Source: Solirubrobacterales bacterium (GTDB taxonomy: Bacteria; Actinomycetota; Thermoleophilia; Solirubrobacterales; 70-9). Taken from it: a stretch of 64,000 bases of DNA. This document shows, in pieces, positions 19,242-31,260 of the stretch. The DNA is taken from NCBI GenBank assembly GCA_036280195.1, contig DASURF010000022.1, forward strand, positions 3,161 to 67,160, read 5' to 3'. The notes under the pieces are model-generated. The model had not been told where the DNA came from and did not search any database. It was given only the letters and a program-made list of their open reading frames with translations. The first letter of the stretch is position 1, and each line of letters begins with the position of its first letter. A program made the position numbers and the translations under genes.

Positions 19242-21035
19242 TCAGGGCTCGATGCGGGTGACGGTGCCGTCTCCGTTATTTGCGACCCAAACCGCGTCGC
19301 CGCCGACCGCGACGGCGCCCGGTTCGGGCCCGACCTCGATCGGGGCGCCCTCGACCTCGCCGCTCTTCAGGTCGATCCTGGACACCGCGTCGTCCTCGCG
19401 GTCGGCGACCCAGACGGTGCTGGTGCCGGCGTCGATCCCGCCCGGGTGGCCGTCGATTTCGATCTTCTCGACCACCGTCCGCAGCGAGGGGTCGACTTTG
19501 GACACGGTGCCTTCGCGGCTGTTGGCGACCCAGACGAAACCGCCGGCGACGGTGAGGCCCGCGGGTCCGCGGCCGACGCGGATCGGATCGCCGGCGACGA
19601 GCGTGCCCGGGTCGACGCGACGGATCACGTTGGCGTCGGCGATCGCGACCCAGAGGCCGCCGTCGCCCCAGGCGAGGCGCAGCCCCGGCGCCTGCGGCGG
19701 CAGGCCGCTGCGGTAGAGGTCGGCGCCTTCGGCGTTGACGGCGCTGATGCCGCGGCCGCCGAGGTCGGCGAGCCAGACCCGGTTGCCGCCGAGGGCGATC
19801 GGCCCGGGCTCGCCCGGGACGGAGACCGCTTTTTCCCGACCGCTTCGCGGTTCGAGCCGGAGCAGCACGCCGCGGCGCGGATCCGTCACCCAGGTCCACT
19901 TGCTGCCGACGGCGACGCCGGAGACGCCCTTGCCGAGTTCGCGGGTGGAGACGACTTCGCCGCTGTCGGGATCGAGCCTGGTCAGGGTGCCGTCCTTTTC
20001 GCTCGTCACCCAGATCGCCTTCGGGCCGGCGTCGAGCCGCAGCGGCGGGGTGCCGATCGCGATCGGGTCCGAGACCTCCGGCCCGTCGTCGCCGAGCAGC
20101 AGGAAGAGGACGGCGGCGACCATCGCCAGGACGAAGATCGCGAAGCCGCTTGCCAGCCAGGCGGTCGCCCTTCCTCCCAGCCCGAAGAAGCCGCGCGAAC
20201 GGGCGGGGACGGTGGTGCGCTCGCTGCGGTCGCGGGAGAGGACCGCGGTCGGCCGCACCTCGGAGCCTTCGGCGCCGCGGGCGGCGGCGATCAGGGCCCC
20301 GGCGGTCGCGTAGCGGGCGGCCGGGTCCTTGGCGACGGCGCGGCGGATCGCCTCGTCCACCCCCTGCGGCATCTCCGGCTCGGTGTCGGCTTCCTCGCGC
20401 TCGAAGGGAGCGATGCCGGTGATCGCCTCGTAGAGGACGCAGCCGAGCGAGTAGACGTCGGCGGCCGGGCCGATCGAGTCGCCGCGCCACTGCTCCGGCG
20501 ACATGTACTGGGCGGTGCCGACGACCGAGGCGCTGCCGGCGGCGGCGCTCTCGTCGATCGCTTTGGCGAGGCCGAAGTCGGAGAGGTAGGCGCGATCGCC
20601 TTCGACGAGGATGTTGTGGGGCTTGACGTCGCGGTGGACGACGCCGGCGGCGTGGGCGGCGTCGAGCGCGTCGGCGACCTGGGCCAGGAGGTCGAGTGCC
20701 CGCCCAGGTGGCAGCGGCCCCTCCTCGTCGATCAGCTTGCGCAGGTCCCCGCCCTCGACCAGCCGCATCGCCACCACCAGCTCGCCGTCGACCTCGCGCG
20801 AGTCGTAGATCGGCACCACCGAGGGGTGCTCGAGCCGGGCCGCGAGGCGGGACTCGCGCAGGAAGCGCTCGCGGAAGCCGCGGCGGTCGGCGAGCTCGCG
20901 GGCGATCACCTTCAGCGCCACCGGGCGGTCGAGGCCGACGTGGGTGGCACGGTAGACGACGCCCATGCCGCCGCGCGCGATCAGCTCCTCGATGCGGTAG
21001 CCGGCAACTTCGTCGCCAATAGAGAAGTCCCCCAC
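19242..21035 (-). CDS. Ser/Thr protein kinase with TM segment and C-terminal beta-propeller repeats (PknD-like)
   Basis: Hanks motifs are present: GGMGVVY, ALK, HRDVKPHN, DFG and SPE. One TM helix follows, then repeated units of type G..P.GvavggdaVWVan. Confidence 0.9.
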   Translation of the reverse strand: MGDFSIGDEVAGYRIEELIARGGMGVVYRATHVGLDRPVALKVIARELADRRGFRERFLRESRLAARLEHPSVVPIYDSREVDGELVVAMRLVEGGDLRKLIDEEGPLPPGRALDLLAQVADALDAAHAAGVVHRDVKPHNILVEGDRAYLSDFGLAKAIDESAAAGSASVVGTAQYMSPEQWRGDSIGPAADVYSLGCVLYEAITGIAPFEREEADTEPEMPQGVDEAIRRAVAKDPAARYATAGALIAAARGAEGSEVRPTAVLSRDRSERTTVPARSRGFFGLGGRATAWLASGFAIFVLAMVAAVLFLLLGDDGPEVSDPIAIGTPPLRLDAGPKAIWVTSEKDGTLTRLDPDSGEVVSTRELGKGVSGVAVGSKWTWVTDPRRGVLLRLEPRSGREKAVSVPGEPGPIALGGNRVWLADLGGRGISAVNAEGADLYRSGLPPQAPGLRLAWGDGGLWVAIADANVIRRVDPGTLVAGDPIRVGRGPAGLTVAGGFVWVANSREGTVSKVDPSLRTVVEKIEIDGHPGGIDAGTSTVWVADREDDAVSRIDLKSGEVEGAPIEVGPEPGAVAVGGDAVWVANNGDGTVTRIEP

Positions 21036-21098
21036 CCGGCCGTTATAGCCGGATGGGGGACGGAACCGCCGACTGGTCGCTGCGGGGAAGGCGCGCCT

Positions 21099-22157
21099 TT
21101 AGCGGCGTTGCGGCACCGGCTGCCAGTCGATCACCGGGCCGAGGACCGTGCCTTCGCCTTCGTCGAAGTCGTAGCCCTGGGCGAGGCTCGACTGACGGCG
21201 GGTGGCGACGGCGATCGAGACGAGCTGCTGTTCCTCGCCGACCGCGACGAAGGCGGCGACGCGCTTGCCGTCGGAGGAGAAGACCGAGGTCGTCTCCGAC
21301 TGGTCCGGCAGCTGGCTCAGCTTGCGGGCTTTGGTGCGGCCGATCTTCTTCGCCCACAGCCCTTGGTCGCGACGGAAGATCAGCATCTTTCCGTCGGGGG
21401 AGACGTCTTCGACGTAGGCGGAGCCGACGCCGGCGACCTGCGCCTTCACTTTGTTGCCGTTGGCCAGCATCGTGTAGATGTCGGCGTAGGCCGCCGGGCC
21501 CGGGGTGCTCTCGCCGCGGCTGAAGATCACACCGCCGGCGAAGTAGCGGGGCGCGAACTCGTCGACGCCGGCGGTGCGGCTGAGCCGGGCCAGGCCGGAG
21601 CCGGTCGGGCGGATCGAGTAGACGTCGTCGTTGACCGGGTTGACCGAGGCCTCTCCGGCGGTCGAGCGGACGAAGACGATCGCCTTGCCGTCGGGCGCGA
21701 AGGCGGCGTCATGGTCGTCGGCGCCGCTGGTCAGCGCTCGCAGGCCACCGCCGGTGGCGCCGACCGTGTAGAGGGCGGCCGGGCCGCCCACGGCGGCGCG
21801 CCGCTCGAAGACGACGTATTTCCCGTTGGGGGCGATCTTCGGCAGCGAGTCGATCTCCGGACCGCTGGTCAGCTGCCGCTGGCCCGAGCCGTCGGGCCGC
21901 ACCGAGAAGATGTCGCCGCCGCGGGCGAAGGCGATCGTGCGCCCGTCCGGCGAGAAGTTCGGTTCGGTGTCGGTCGGGTCTTCGGTCAGCTGGTTGAGCC
22001 GCCCGTCCTTGACGGCGAAGAGGCCGCCTTTGACTTCGTCCCCGACTTTGGAGGATTTCGAGAAGACGACCGCGCCCGTGTTGGACGCCGCCGAGGCCGC
22101 CGCCGGGACCACGAGGGCGAGCAGCGCGAACATTGCGATCAGGGTCTTCTTGAACAT
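21099..22157 (-). CDS. secreted TolB-like / PD40 (WD40-like) beta-propeller protein
   Basis: Signal peptide MFKKTLIAMFALLALVVPAAASA. Repeated units of type P.fSPDGk.iaF.r are present. RBS AAAGGAG. Confidence 0.8.
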   Translation of the reverse strand: MFKKTLIAMFALLALVVPAAASAASNTGAVVFSKSSKVGDEVKGGLFAVKDGRLNQLTEDPTDTEPNFSPDGRTIAFARGGDIFSVRPDGSGQRQLTSGPEIDSLPKIAPNGKYVVFERRAAVGGPAALYTVGATGGGLRALTSGADDHDAAFAPDGKAIVFVRSTAGEASVNPVNDDVYSIRPTGSGLARLSRTAGVDEFAPRYFAGGVIFSRGESTPGPAAYADIYTMLANGNKVKAQVAGVGSAYVEDVSPDGKMLIFRRDQGLWAKKIGRTKARKLSQLPDQSETTSVFSSDGKRVAAFVAVGEEQQLVSIAVATRRQSSLAQGYDFDEGEGTVLGPVIDWQPVPQRR

Positions 22158-22326
22158 CAGATGCTCCTTTCACGAGCACTAGGTGACTTGATGCACCAAT
22201 GCTCGGACCTGGAGCCGTGCCGGCCAATGACACCCGGTTCACCTACCGGGCCACGTTTGGCCCGGTGCGGGTCATACGCGCGATATAGATAACGTTTCGT
22301 ACCAGTTCGATACGGAAAGGGGGCCT

Positions 22327-22896
22327 ATGAACGGACTTATCTACCACCACCTCGACGAGGATGCCGTTCGCGACTCGATGCTTGCAGCCTGGGAGGAAGA
22401 GCGCAAAGGACTAATCGCCGATGGGATGGAACGGGATTGCTACGGAAAAGATTTAACTAATGAAGGCTGGGAGATCTTTCTGAAGGTAATGCCAACTGCC
22501 CTCAAGGAGCAAACTGACTCATGGCTTGCCGGGCAGATGGACGTAATCGACTACTGGCAGCCGGAACGATGGGACAAGCGGGGATGGTGGGTGAACTACA
22601 GCAAGCCCCAAGCGTTGGAGATTCTCTGTATTGGAGAGTTCAATATTGCCTACATCAGAGGTTTAGCCCGGACCTTGCAGGCAGAGGGCCAAGGGGAGTG
22701 TGAAATCTATCGGGCCGGCGATGCCATCGAGAAAGACCGCGAATGCACGCCATGGGAGGGAAATCTATTTCCGGTGCAGCAAATCCTTGATGGACACCGC
22801 GCGCGGTATTGGCCTCCTCCCGGTAATCGCAAAGCGTGGTCTCTACCCACCCAGCCTGGGTGCCATCACAGCATCTGCCGGGTTGGCGCAAGCTAA
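22327..22896 (+). CDS. hypothetical protein in a low-GC single-gene insertion
   Basis: 189-aa ORF with RBS GGAAAGGGGG. The Trp/Cys-containing sequence has no motif I recognise. Composition is visibly AT-richer than the flanks. Confidence 0.6.
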   Translation: MNGLIYHHLDEDAVRDSMLAAWEEERKGLIADGMERDCYGKDLTNEGWEIFLKVMPTALKEQTDSWLAGQMDVIDYWQPERWDKRGWWVNYSKPQALEILCIGEFNIAYIRGLARTLQAEGQGECEIYRAGDAIEKDRECTPWEGNLFPVQQILDGHRARYWPPPGNRKAWSLPTQPGCHHSICRVGAS

Positions 22897-22902
22897 TTAG
22901 AT

Positions 22903-22937
22903 GGTTCCTTTGTCCGGATATATAGGACAAAGGAACC
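22903..22937. repeat. perfect 13-bp-stem hairpin GGTTCCTTTGTCC-N9-GGACAAAGGAACC
   Basis: Read directly. It lies 7 nt after the stop of the 22327 gene. Confidence 0.85.
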
Positions 22938-22971
22938 AGGAGATGCAACCGGATCAGGCTCATGGCAAGTC

Positions 22972-23010
22972 GTGGTTCGTTTGTCCTCTCTTGGCGGACA
23001 AAGGAACCAC
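22972..23010. repeat. second hairpin built from the same 13-mer (GTGGTTCgTTTGTCC-N9-GGACAAAGGAACCAC)
   Basis: Read directly. It has one arm mismatch and lies 34 nt after the first hairpin. Confidence 0.85.
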
Positions 23011-23061
23011 GGAATAGACAGCGCCGGAGGCCTTCACTCTGTCCGCACAGAAACTGGAATC

Positions 23062-23649
23062 TCAGCGCGGGCGGTCGAGGCCGAGCTCGATGACGCGGGC
23101 GGCGATCTGCCGGGGGCGGTCGCGGCCGGTGTCGCCGGGGACTTCGAGCTTGGCGGCGAGGGCGTCGAGGCGGCGTTGGGCGGTGCGCTCGGAGACGTGC
23201 AGCTCGGCGGCGATCTCGGCCCGGGTGGCGGGGCGGCCGGCGAAGGCGCCCTCGCTGCGGTAGGGCGCGACGAGGGCGGCGGCGGTCGCCCGCTCCTCCT
23301 CGCTCAGCGCCACCGCCGGCTCGCTCGCCGCGACGGTCGCCCCGACCGGCGTCACCGATCCCGTCTTCACTTCCAGCCGGTGGCCACCGACGATCAGGGT
23401 GTCGCCGTCGCGCAGGCGCCGTGGCCGGTCCAGCGGCTCGCCGTTCAGCGCGGTGCCGTTGCGGCTGTCGAGGTCGGTCGCCATCAGCACGTCCCCCCGC
23501 CGCTCGATCTCCAGGTGGTTCCAGGAGACCGCCTCGTCGGAGAGCACGACGTCTGCCTCCGGCGAGCGCCCGACCACCGTCCGCTCCTCCCTCAAAGCAA
23601 CCGAATGCGGCGCCTCACCGCCAGCTGAAATCCAAAGCCTCGGATCCAT
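23062..23649 (-). CDS. FHA-domain protein with C-terminal helix-turn-helix
   Basis: FHA core is TVVGRSP.ADVVL.D..VS..H..I...G......DL.S.NGT.LNG. The C-terminus RAEIAAELHVSERTAQRRL is HTH-like. The ATG at 23649 gives 195 aa. Confidence 0.8.
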   Translation of the reverse strand: MDPRLWISAGGEAPHSVALREERTVVGRSPEADVVLSDEAVSWNHLEIERRGDVLMATDLDSRNGTALNGEPLDRPRRLRDGDTLIVGGHRLEVKTGSVTPVGATVAASEPAVALSEEERATAAALVAPYRSEGAFAGRPATRAEIAAELHVSERTAQRRLDALAAKLEVPGDTGRDRPRQIAARVIELGLDRPR

Positions 23650-23735
23650 CCGCGCGAGGATAGATAGAGCAACGGATCGGCCCCTCCCGCGGGTGGAAGA
23701 CAGGACCCGCAGGCCGAGGCCCTCGTCCCTAAGCC

Positions 23736-25850
<2,115 letters not shown>

Positions 25851-25864
<14 letters not shown>

Positions 25865-26891
25865 AGCTCTTCTTCACCTTCTTGCGCACCTTCTTCCCGT
25901 CCTTCATGAAGGTGATCTTTGCGCCGGCCTTATGAGTCGAACCGGGCGCGAAGCCTTCGGTGGAGAAGGCCGCTTCCCACGGCTTCCTCTTGTCGGACCT
26001 CTTCTGCGCGTCGAGGGAGAAGTCGACCCGCTTGATGGTGGCGTGGGGCGCCTTGCTCTTCTTCTTCTTCGACTTGACCTGCAACCTGATGCCGCGACCG
26101 GGGGTGACGCATGACCTGGGGTAATAGAAGGTGACGCGCTGGTCGCCGAAGGTGAAGCTGAAGGAACGGTTCGGCGCCGGGCTCGCGTAGTAGACGGATT
26201 CGGCGATGAAGAACCGGCTGTCGCCCTGGTTGACGTAGAGGCAAAGCCGGAGCGCCCCGTACTCGGGGTAGAAGTCCTCCCGCGCCGTCTCGCTGCCGGA
26301 ACCGGTGTGAACGTCGCCGACGTAGGCGATGTGAGCGCCGTTAGGGGAGCAGGGCTGGGAGCTGGGGTATTGCCAGGCCTCCGGGAACCAGCCGCAATAG
26401 CCGCCGACGCAGTGGTCGAAGTTGGTGGTGTAGGTCGCTTCCACACGCCCGCCGCTGATCGCATGGACGTTGCTGATAGCGCCTGACATGCTCGAGGTCG
26501 GGGTAAAGGTCGCTTCGGCGATGAAGTAGTTGGCGCCCGACTGGTAGGCGTAGAGGCAGATCCGAATCGGACCTTCGAAAGCCGGGGCGAAGCGGTCGGC
26601 GGCGGTCTCACTCCCCGAGGTGGCGTGAAGATCCCCGACGTAGGTGAGATGGGCGCCGCTCGGGGCGCAGGGCTGGCTCGCCGGGTATTGGTACGCGTGC
26701 GGGAACCAGCCGCAATAGCTTCCGTCGCAGATATCCATGTTGGTCGTATAGGTGGCTTCGACTTCGCCCCCCACCGCATGGACGTTGTCGATCGATCCGG
26801 AGGCGGCTCGTGCCGTCGGCGCTTGGACCGCGAGCAGACCAACCAGGGCGACGAGGAGAACAGTGACGCGGACCTTCATTGGGCTAACCAT
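25851..26891 (-). CDS. secreted protein with two tandem ~105-aa Cys-containing repeats and a Lys-rich tail
   Basis: Signal peptide MVSPMKVRVTVLLVALVGLLAVQAPTARA. Two units share the blocks NVHA..G.VEATYTTN.D.C.G.YCGWFP.A.QYP.SQPC.P.GAH..YVGD.H..SGSETA. Confidence 0.7.
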
Positions 26892-27046
26892 GGGCCGACC
26901 GTAGAACGAACCAGCGAGAGGACCATCCCGGCTCCGCCACATTCAAGGCGCGACGCGCTACGGACGCAGTTCGAAACTGGCCACAGGTGGCAACGCTCGT
27001 AGATAGTGTGGAGCTGGTCACTAACCGTTCAGGAGGAGAGCCCGAA

Positions 27047-28414
27047 ATGACCGACTTCAGCGGGCTGGCGATCGCCGGCCGTATCGCGACCCCTGCCGAC
27101 GCCGACTGGGACCAGGCGCGGATGGGCTGGAACCTCGTCGCCGACCAGCAGCCCGAGGCGGTCGCCTTCGTCGAGAGCGGAGAGGACATCGCCGCCGTGC
27201 TCCGCTTCGCGGGCGAGAACGGACTGCGGGTCTCCGGCCAGGGGACCGGCCACGGCGCCGTCGCCCTCGGCTCGCTGGAGGGCGCGATCCTGGTCAAGAC
27301 CGAGCGGATGAAAGGCGTCGAGGTCGACGCCGGCGCGGGGACGGCCCGGGTCGAGGCCGGGGTGCTCTCGGTCGAACTGGCCGAAGCCGCCCAGGCCCAA
27401 GGCCTCAGCTCTCTGCCCGGCTCATCGCCCGACGTCGGCGTCGGCGGCTTCCACCTCGGCGGCGGCCTCAGCTGGTTCGGCCGCAGGTACGGCTTCGCCT
27501 GCAACCGGGTGCGGGCGATCGAGCTCGTCACCGCCGACGGCGAGGCCCGTACGGTCGACGCCGACAACGACCCCGACCTCTTCTGGGCGCTGCGCGGGGG
27601 CGGCGGCGACTACGCGATCGTCATCGCGCTCCACCTCGACCTGGTCCCGGTCAAAGACGCCTACGCCGGAGCGATGCTGTGGCCGGCCGAGGTCGGCGCC
27701 GACGCCGTCCGCCTCTACCGCGACTGGGTCGCCGGCGCCGGCGAGAACGTCACCTCGGTGGTCCGCTTCCTGACCCCGCCCGACGTCCCCGACGTTCCCG
27801 AGCCACTGCGAGGCACGCCGCTGCTGACGATCGACGGCGCCTGCATCGGCAGCCGCGAGGAGGGCGAAGCCGCCTTCGCGCCGCTGCTGGAGATCGGCGA
27901 GCCGATGATGAGCACCTTCGACCAGGTCCCGCCCGCGGCGCTCTGCCGGATCCACATGGATCCCGAGCAGCCGGTCCCGGGCCTGGGTCACCACCGCGTC
28001 CTGCGTGAGCTGCCCGACGAGGCGATCGAGACCTTCGTCTCCCTGGCGGGACCAGACTCCGGCACGCCGCTGCTGCTGACCGAGATCCGCCAGCTGGGCG
28101 GAGCGATGGCCCGGCCCGACGCGAACGGCGGCGCCCTCTCCCACCTCGACGCCGAGTTCGTGATGCTCGGCATCGGGCTGCCGATGACGCCAGAGCTGGG
28201 CCAGGCGATCGAGGGTCACCTCGACAAGCTGCACGAGGCGATGTCCCCCTGGGCAGCCGACGGCGGCTACTTCAACTTCGCCGAGCGCGCCTGCGACGCC
28301 GACGCGATCCTCCCCCCAGAGGTCTGCGCCCGCCTGAGCGACGTCAAGCGCAAGTACGACCCCGACGGCCGCATCCTCGGCAGCCACGCGGTCTCGCTCG
28401 ACCCGGCTGTTTAA
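27047..28414 (+). CDS. FAD-binding (PCMH/BBE-type) oxidoreductase
   Basis: RBS AGGAGGAG then ATG at 27047. FAD_binding_4-like N-terminus (VSGQGTGHG; GGLSWFGRRYG) and a BBE-like C-terminus (YFNF, KYDPDG). Confidence 0.85.
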   Translation: MTDFSGLAIAGRIATPADADWDQARMGWNLVADQQPEAVAFVESGEDIAAVLRFAGENGLRVSGQGTGHGAVALGSLEGAILVKTERMKGVEVDAGAGTARVEAGVLSVELAEAAQAQGLSSLPGSSPDVGVGGFHLGGGLSWFGRRYGFACNRVRAIELVTADGEARTVDADNDPDLFWALRGGGGDYAIVIALHLDLVPVKDAYAGAMLWPAEVGADAVRLYRDWVAGAGENVTSVVRFLTPPDVPDVPEPLRGTPLLTIDGACIGSREEGEAAFAPLLEIGEPMMSTFDQVPPAALCRIHMDPEQPVPGLGHHRVLRELPDEAIETFVSLAGPDSGTPLLLTEIRQLGGAMARPDANGGALSHLDAEFVMLGIGLPMTPELGQAIEGHLDKLHEAMSPWAADGGYFNFAERACDADAILPPEVCARLSDVKRKYDPDGRILGSHAVSLDPAV

Positions 28415-28461
28415 GCCAAATCTAGGACTTGTAGGCCGGTTAGTGGTATCTTTTACCCACT

Positions 28462-28962
28462 ATGGCGTACGTGGTAGCAACCAAGCCAGGTCGTTTCGAG
28501 GTGCGAGAGTCGGTGAACACTGCCGAGGGTCCGCGCAGCCGGACGCTCGCTAGCTTTCGCGAGCTAACCGCTGAGACCGTCGAAAAAGTTCAGGCTCGCG
28601 CCGAGAAGCCGCCCACGGCTGCGGAGCTAACCCATTTGGCGTTGCGAGCGGGCGCCCCAGTCCGTGGCTCGGAGCTAGACGAAGCAGCCAGCGAGACCCT
28701 GCGCCGAATCGCCAGCGGCGAGCAACCGGACCCGAAGCTGCGACGTCTCCTCATCGACGCACTTTCCAACGAGGGTCCGAGCGAACACCCATCCGAGTCC
28801 AAGAGCCTTGTCTCCGACGCGGCTCGGGCGGCGACTCAATGGATCGGCGTCGGCGTCGAGGATCGAGCCACCGCCCTGCGCGAACTACTGGAACTGGCCG
28901 ATGCGTTGCCGGTCAGGCTCCGCCCGCATGAGATCGGCTTTCCCCGTCTGAGATCGACCTAA
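28462..28962 (+). CDS. hypothetical protein, upstream partner of the NTase-fold protein
   Basis: 166-aa ORF in a lower-GC patch. Its stop is 2 nt before the next start. No motif recognised. Confidence 0.55.
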   Translation: MAYVVATKPGRFEVRESVNTAEGPRSRTLASFRELTAETVEKVQARAEKPPTAAELTHLALRAGAPVRGSELDEAASETLRRIASGEQPDPKLRRLLIDALSNEGPSEHPSESKSLVSDAARAATQWIGVGVEDRATALRELLELADALPVRLRPHEIGFPRLRST

Positions 28963-28964
28963 CA

Positions 28965-29519
28965 GTGGCTCCCTCGCTGCCCGACAAGGTGACGGCGATT
29001 CACGACGCCCTGGACAAAGCCAAGGTGCCCCATGCGATCGGCGGAGCTCTCGCCCTTGCCTACTACGCGGAGCCGCGGGCGACGATTGACGTCGACATCA
29101 ACGTCTTCGTACCTACGAACCGTTGGCCAGAGATCTGCGAAGCGCTCGCGCCACTGGGGGTCAACGTCGAGGTTGATGTCGATGATTTGAACCGGGACGG
29201 ACAGGTGCGCATCTGGTGGGACCGCAACCCGGTCGACCTCTTCTTTTCCTACGACCCCTTCCACGACGCGATGCGGCGTAATGCGCGAAAGGTTCCCTTC
29301 AACGAGGAGACGATTCCGATCCTCTCGCCCGAGCACCTGACGGTCTGCAAGGCGATGTTCGATCGACCGAAGGACTGGATTGACATCGAGCAGATCCTCG
29401 TCGCCACCGATCCATTCGACCTCGGGGAAGTCGAAGACTGGCTGCAGCGGATGGTCGGCGCCGATAACCCGCGGATGAAGAAGCTGGCTGAGATGAAGGT
29501 CGAGCTTTCGCTCGGCTAA
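28965..29519 (+). CDS. minimal nucleotidyltransferase-fold protein (AbiEii/MNT-like)
   Basis: Motif GGALALAYYAEPRATIDVDINV matches the G[GS]-x(9-13)-DxD pattern of polymerase-beta-type NTases. 184 aa. Confidence 0.55.
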   Translation: MAPSLPDKVTAIHDALDKAKVPHAIGGALALAYYAEPRATIDVDINVFVPTNRWPEICEALAPLGVNVEVDVDDLNRDGQVRIWWDRNPVDLFFSYDPFHDAMRRNARKVPFNEETIPILSPEHLTVCKAMFDRPKDWIDIEQILVATDPFDLGEVEDWLQRMVGADNPRMKKLAEMKVELSLG

Positions 29520-30184
29520 CCGGCTGCCGCCTCGTCGGCGACTACGAGGATGTTGTCGTTCTTGACCCGGCCCGCGGGGATCGATTCGTCGCCTTCGAGC
29601 AGCTTGGCGAGTGGCTCCTTCTTGTCGGGGCCGGTGACCAGCCAGACGATGCGGCGGGCGGCGTCGAGCGCCGGATAGGTGAGGGTCATGCGGCGGTGGT
29701 TCTGGTAGGCGGTCTCGGTCAGGGCGACGCGGCGGTCGGTCACCTCGAGGACCGGGTCGCCGGGGACGAGGGAGGCGGTGTGGCCGTCGGGGCCGAGGCC
29801 GAGGTGGACGAGGTCGAGGCGGTCCGGCAGCGACTCTTCGTACTCGCGCGCCGCCGCCTCGAGGTCGCGCTGGGTGACGGGCATCGGCCGCAGCGCCGGC
29901 TGGTGCTCCATCGAGAGGCCGAGGACCATGTGGGTGAGGTTGCGCGCCGGGTCGCCGGGCGCCGCGATCCGCTCGTCGACCTGGAAGAGCTCGGTCCGGT
30001 CCCAGGGCATCGCCTCCAGCTCGCCGAGGATCGCCAGCATCGCCCAGGGCGAGCGGCCGCCGCTCATCGCGAAGGCGAAGGCGCCGCGCTCGGCGGCCGC
30101 CTCGTCGCCGGCGGCGGCGATCAGCTCGGCGGCGCGGCGCGAGGCCGCCTTCTCATCGCCGGCGACCTCGAGCTCGATCGGCAC
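29516..30184 (-). CDS. pgl: 6-phosphogluconolactonase
   Basis: Motifs SGGRSP, VDER and LGLGPDGHTASLVPG. 222 aa. Confidence 0.85.
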   Translation of the reverse strand: MPIELEVAGDEKAASRRAAELIAAAGDEAAAERGAFAFAMSGGRSPWAMLAILGELEAMPWDRTELFQVDERIAAPGDPARNLTHMVLGLSMEHQPALRPMPVTQRDLEAAAREYEESLPDRLDLVHLGLGPDGHTASLVPGDPVLEVTDRRVALTETAYQNHRRMTLTYPALDAARRIVWLVTGPDKKEPLAKLLEGDESIPAGRVKNDNILVVADEAAAG

Positions 30185-30188
30185 GGGG

Positions 30189-31205
30189 TCAGCTCGCCTT
30201 CTCGTCGTGGCCGCCGAACTGCTTGCGCATCGCCGAGAGGACCTTGTCGCCGAAGTCGCCGAGACCGCGCGAGTAGAAGCGCTCGTGCAGGGCGGTGGTG
30301 AGGACCGGCGTCGGCACCCCCTCGTCGATCGCCGCGATCGCCGTCCAGCGGCCCTCGCCGGAGTCGGAGACGCGGCCGGCGAAGTCGGAGAGGTCGGGGG
30401 ATTCCTGCAGCGCCGCCGCGGTCAGGTCGAGCAGCCAGGAGCCGATCACGCTGCCCCGCCGCCAGACCTCGGCGACCTCGGGCAGGTCGAGGTCGTACTG
30501 GTAGTACTCGGGGTGGTCGAGCGGCGCCGTCTCGGCGTCGGCCTCGCGCTGCACCTTGCCGGCGTCGGCGTTCTTCAGCACGTTCAGGCCCTCGGCGTAG
30601 GCGGCCATGATCCCGTACTCGATCCCGTTGTGGACCATCTTCACGAAGTGGCCGGCGCCGTTCGGGCCGCAGTGGAGGTAGCCCTGCTCGGAGGGCGAGG
30701 GGTCGCCGGAGCGGCCCGGGGTGCGCTCCGCCTCGCCGAGCCCCGGCGCCAGGCTGGCGAAGATCGGGTCGAGCCGGCTAACAGCGCCGTCCGGCCCGCC
30801 GATCATCAGGCAGTAGCCGCGCTCCAACCCGAAGACGCCGCCGCTGGTGCCGCAGTCGATGTAGTCGATCCCCTGCTCCCCCACCTTCGCCGCGCGACGG
30901 ATGTCGTCGCGGTAGTAGGAGTTGCCGCCGTCGACGATCGCGTCGCCCGAGTCGAGGACCGCGGCGACGGCGTCGACCGTCTGCTCGGTGATCTCCCCGG
31001 CCGGGACCATGATCCAGACCGCCCGCGGCGCGCTCAGCTTCGCCGCCAGGTCCTCCAGCGAGTCAGCGCCGGTCGCGCCCTCGCCGGCCAGCTGCGAGAC
31101 CGCGTCGGGGTTGACGTCGAAGGCGACGATCTCGTGGCCGTCGCGCATCAAGCGCCGGGCCATGTTGGCTCCCATCCGTCCGAGCCCGACGATTCCCAGT
31201 TGCAT
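30189..31205 (-). CDS. gnd: 6-phosphogluconate dehydrogenase, decarboxylating (short ~340-aa type)
   Basis: Starts [19 protein letters not shown] after RBS GGAGGA. Contains the [13 protein letters not shown] motif. The track ORF extension beyond 31205 is not homologous. Confidence 0.85.
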   Translation of the reverse strand: MQLGIVGLGRMGANMARRLMRDGHEIVAFDVNPDAVSQLAGEGATGADSLEDLAAKLSAPRAVWIMVPAGEITEQTVDAVAAVLDSGDAIVDGGNSYYRDDIRRAAKVGEQGIDYIDCGTSGGVFGLERGYCLMIGGPDGAVSRLDPIFASLAPGLGEAERTPGRSGDPSPSEQGYLHCGPNGAGHFVKMVHNGIEYGIMAAYAEGLNVLKNADAGKVQREADAETAPLDHPEYYQYDLDLPEVAEVWRRGSVIGSWLLDLTAAALQESPDLSDFAGRVSDSGEGRWTAIAAIDEGVPTPVLTTALHERFYSRGLGDFGDKVLSAMRKQFGGHDEKAS

Positions 31206-31260
31206 GCATGTCCTCCGCTGGTGGCGAGTTAGGGGTGGGTGGACGATAGCCTCCCCGCCG

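Noticed and set aside
19182-22292. 1036-aa plus-strand ORF
   Set aside because: It is antisense to the kinase and TolB-like genes, which have clear motifs. The composition is Gly/Ala/Arg/Asp-rich junk with no motifs.
22903-23010. Mini CRISPR array
   Set aside because: The repeats are inverted (hairpins) rather than direct. There are only two units, no cas genes, and the 'spacers' are loop-sized.
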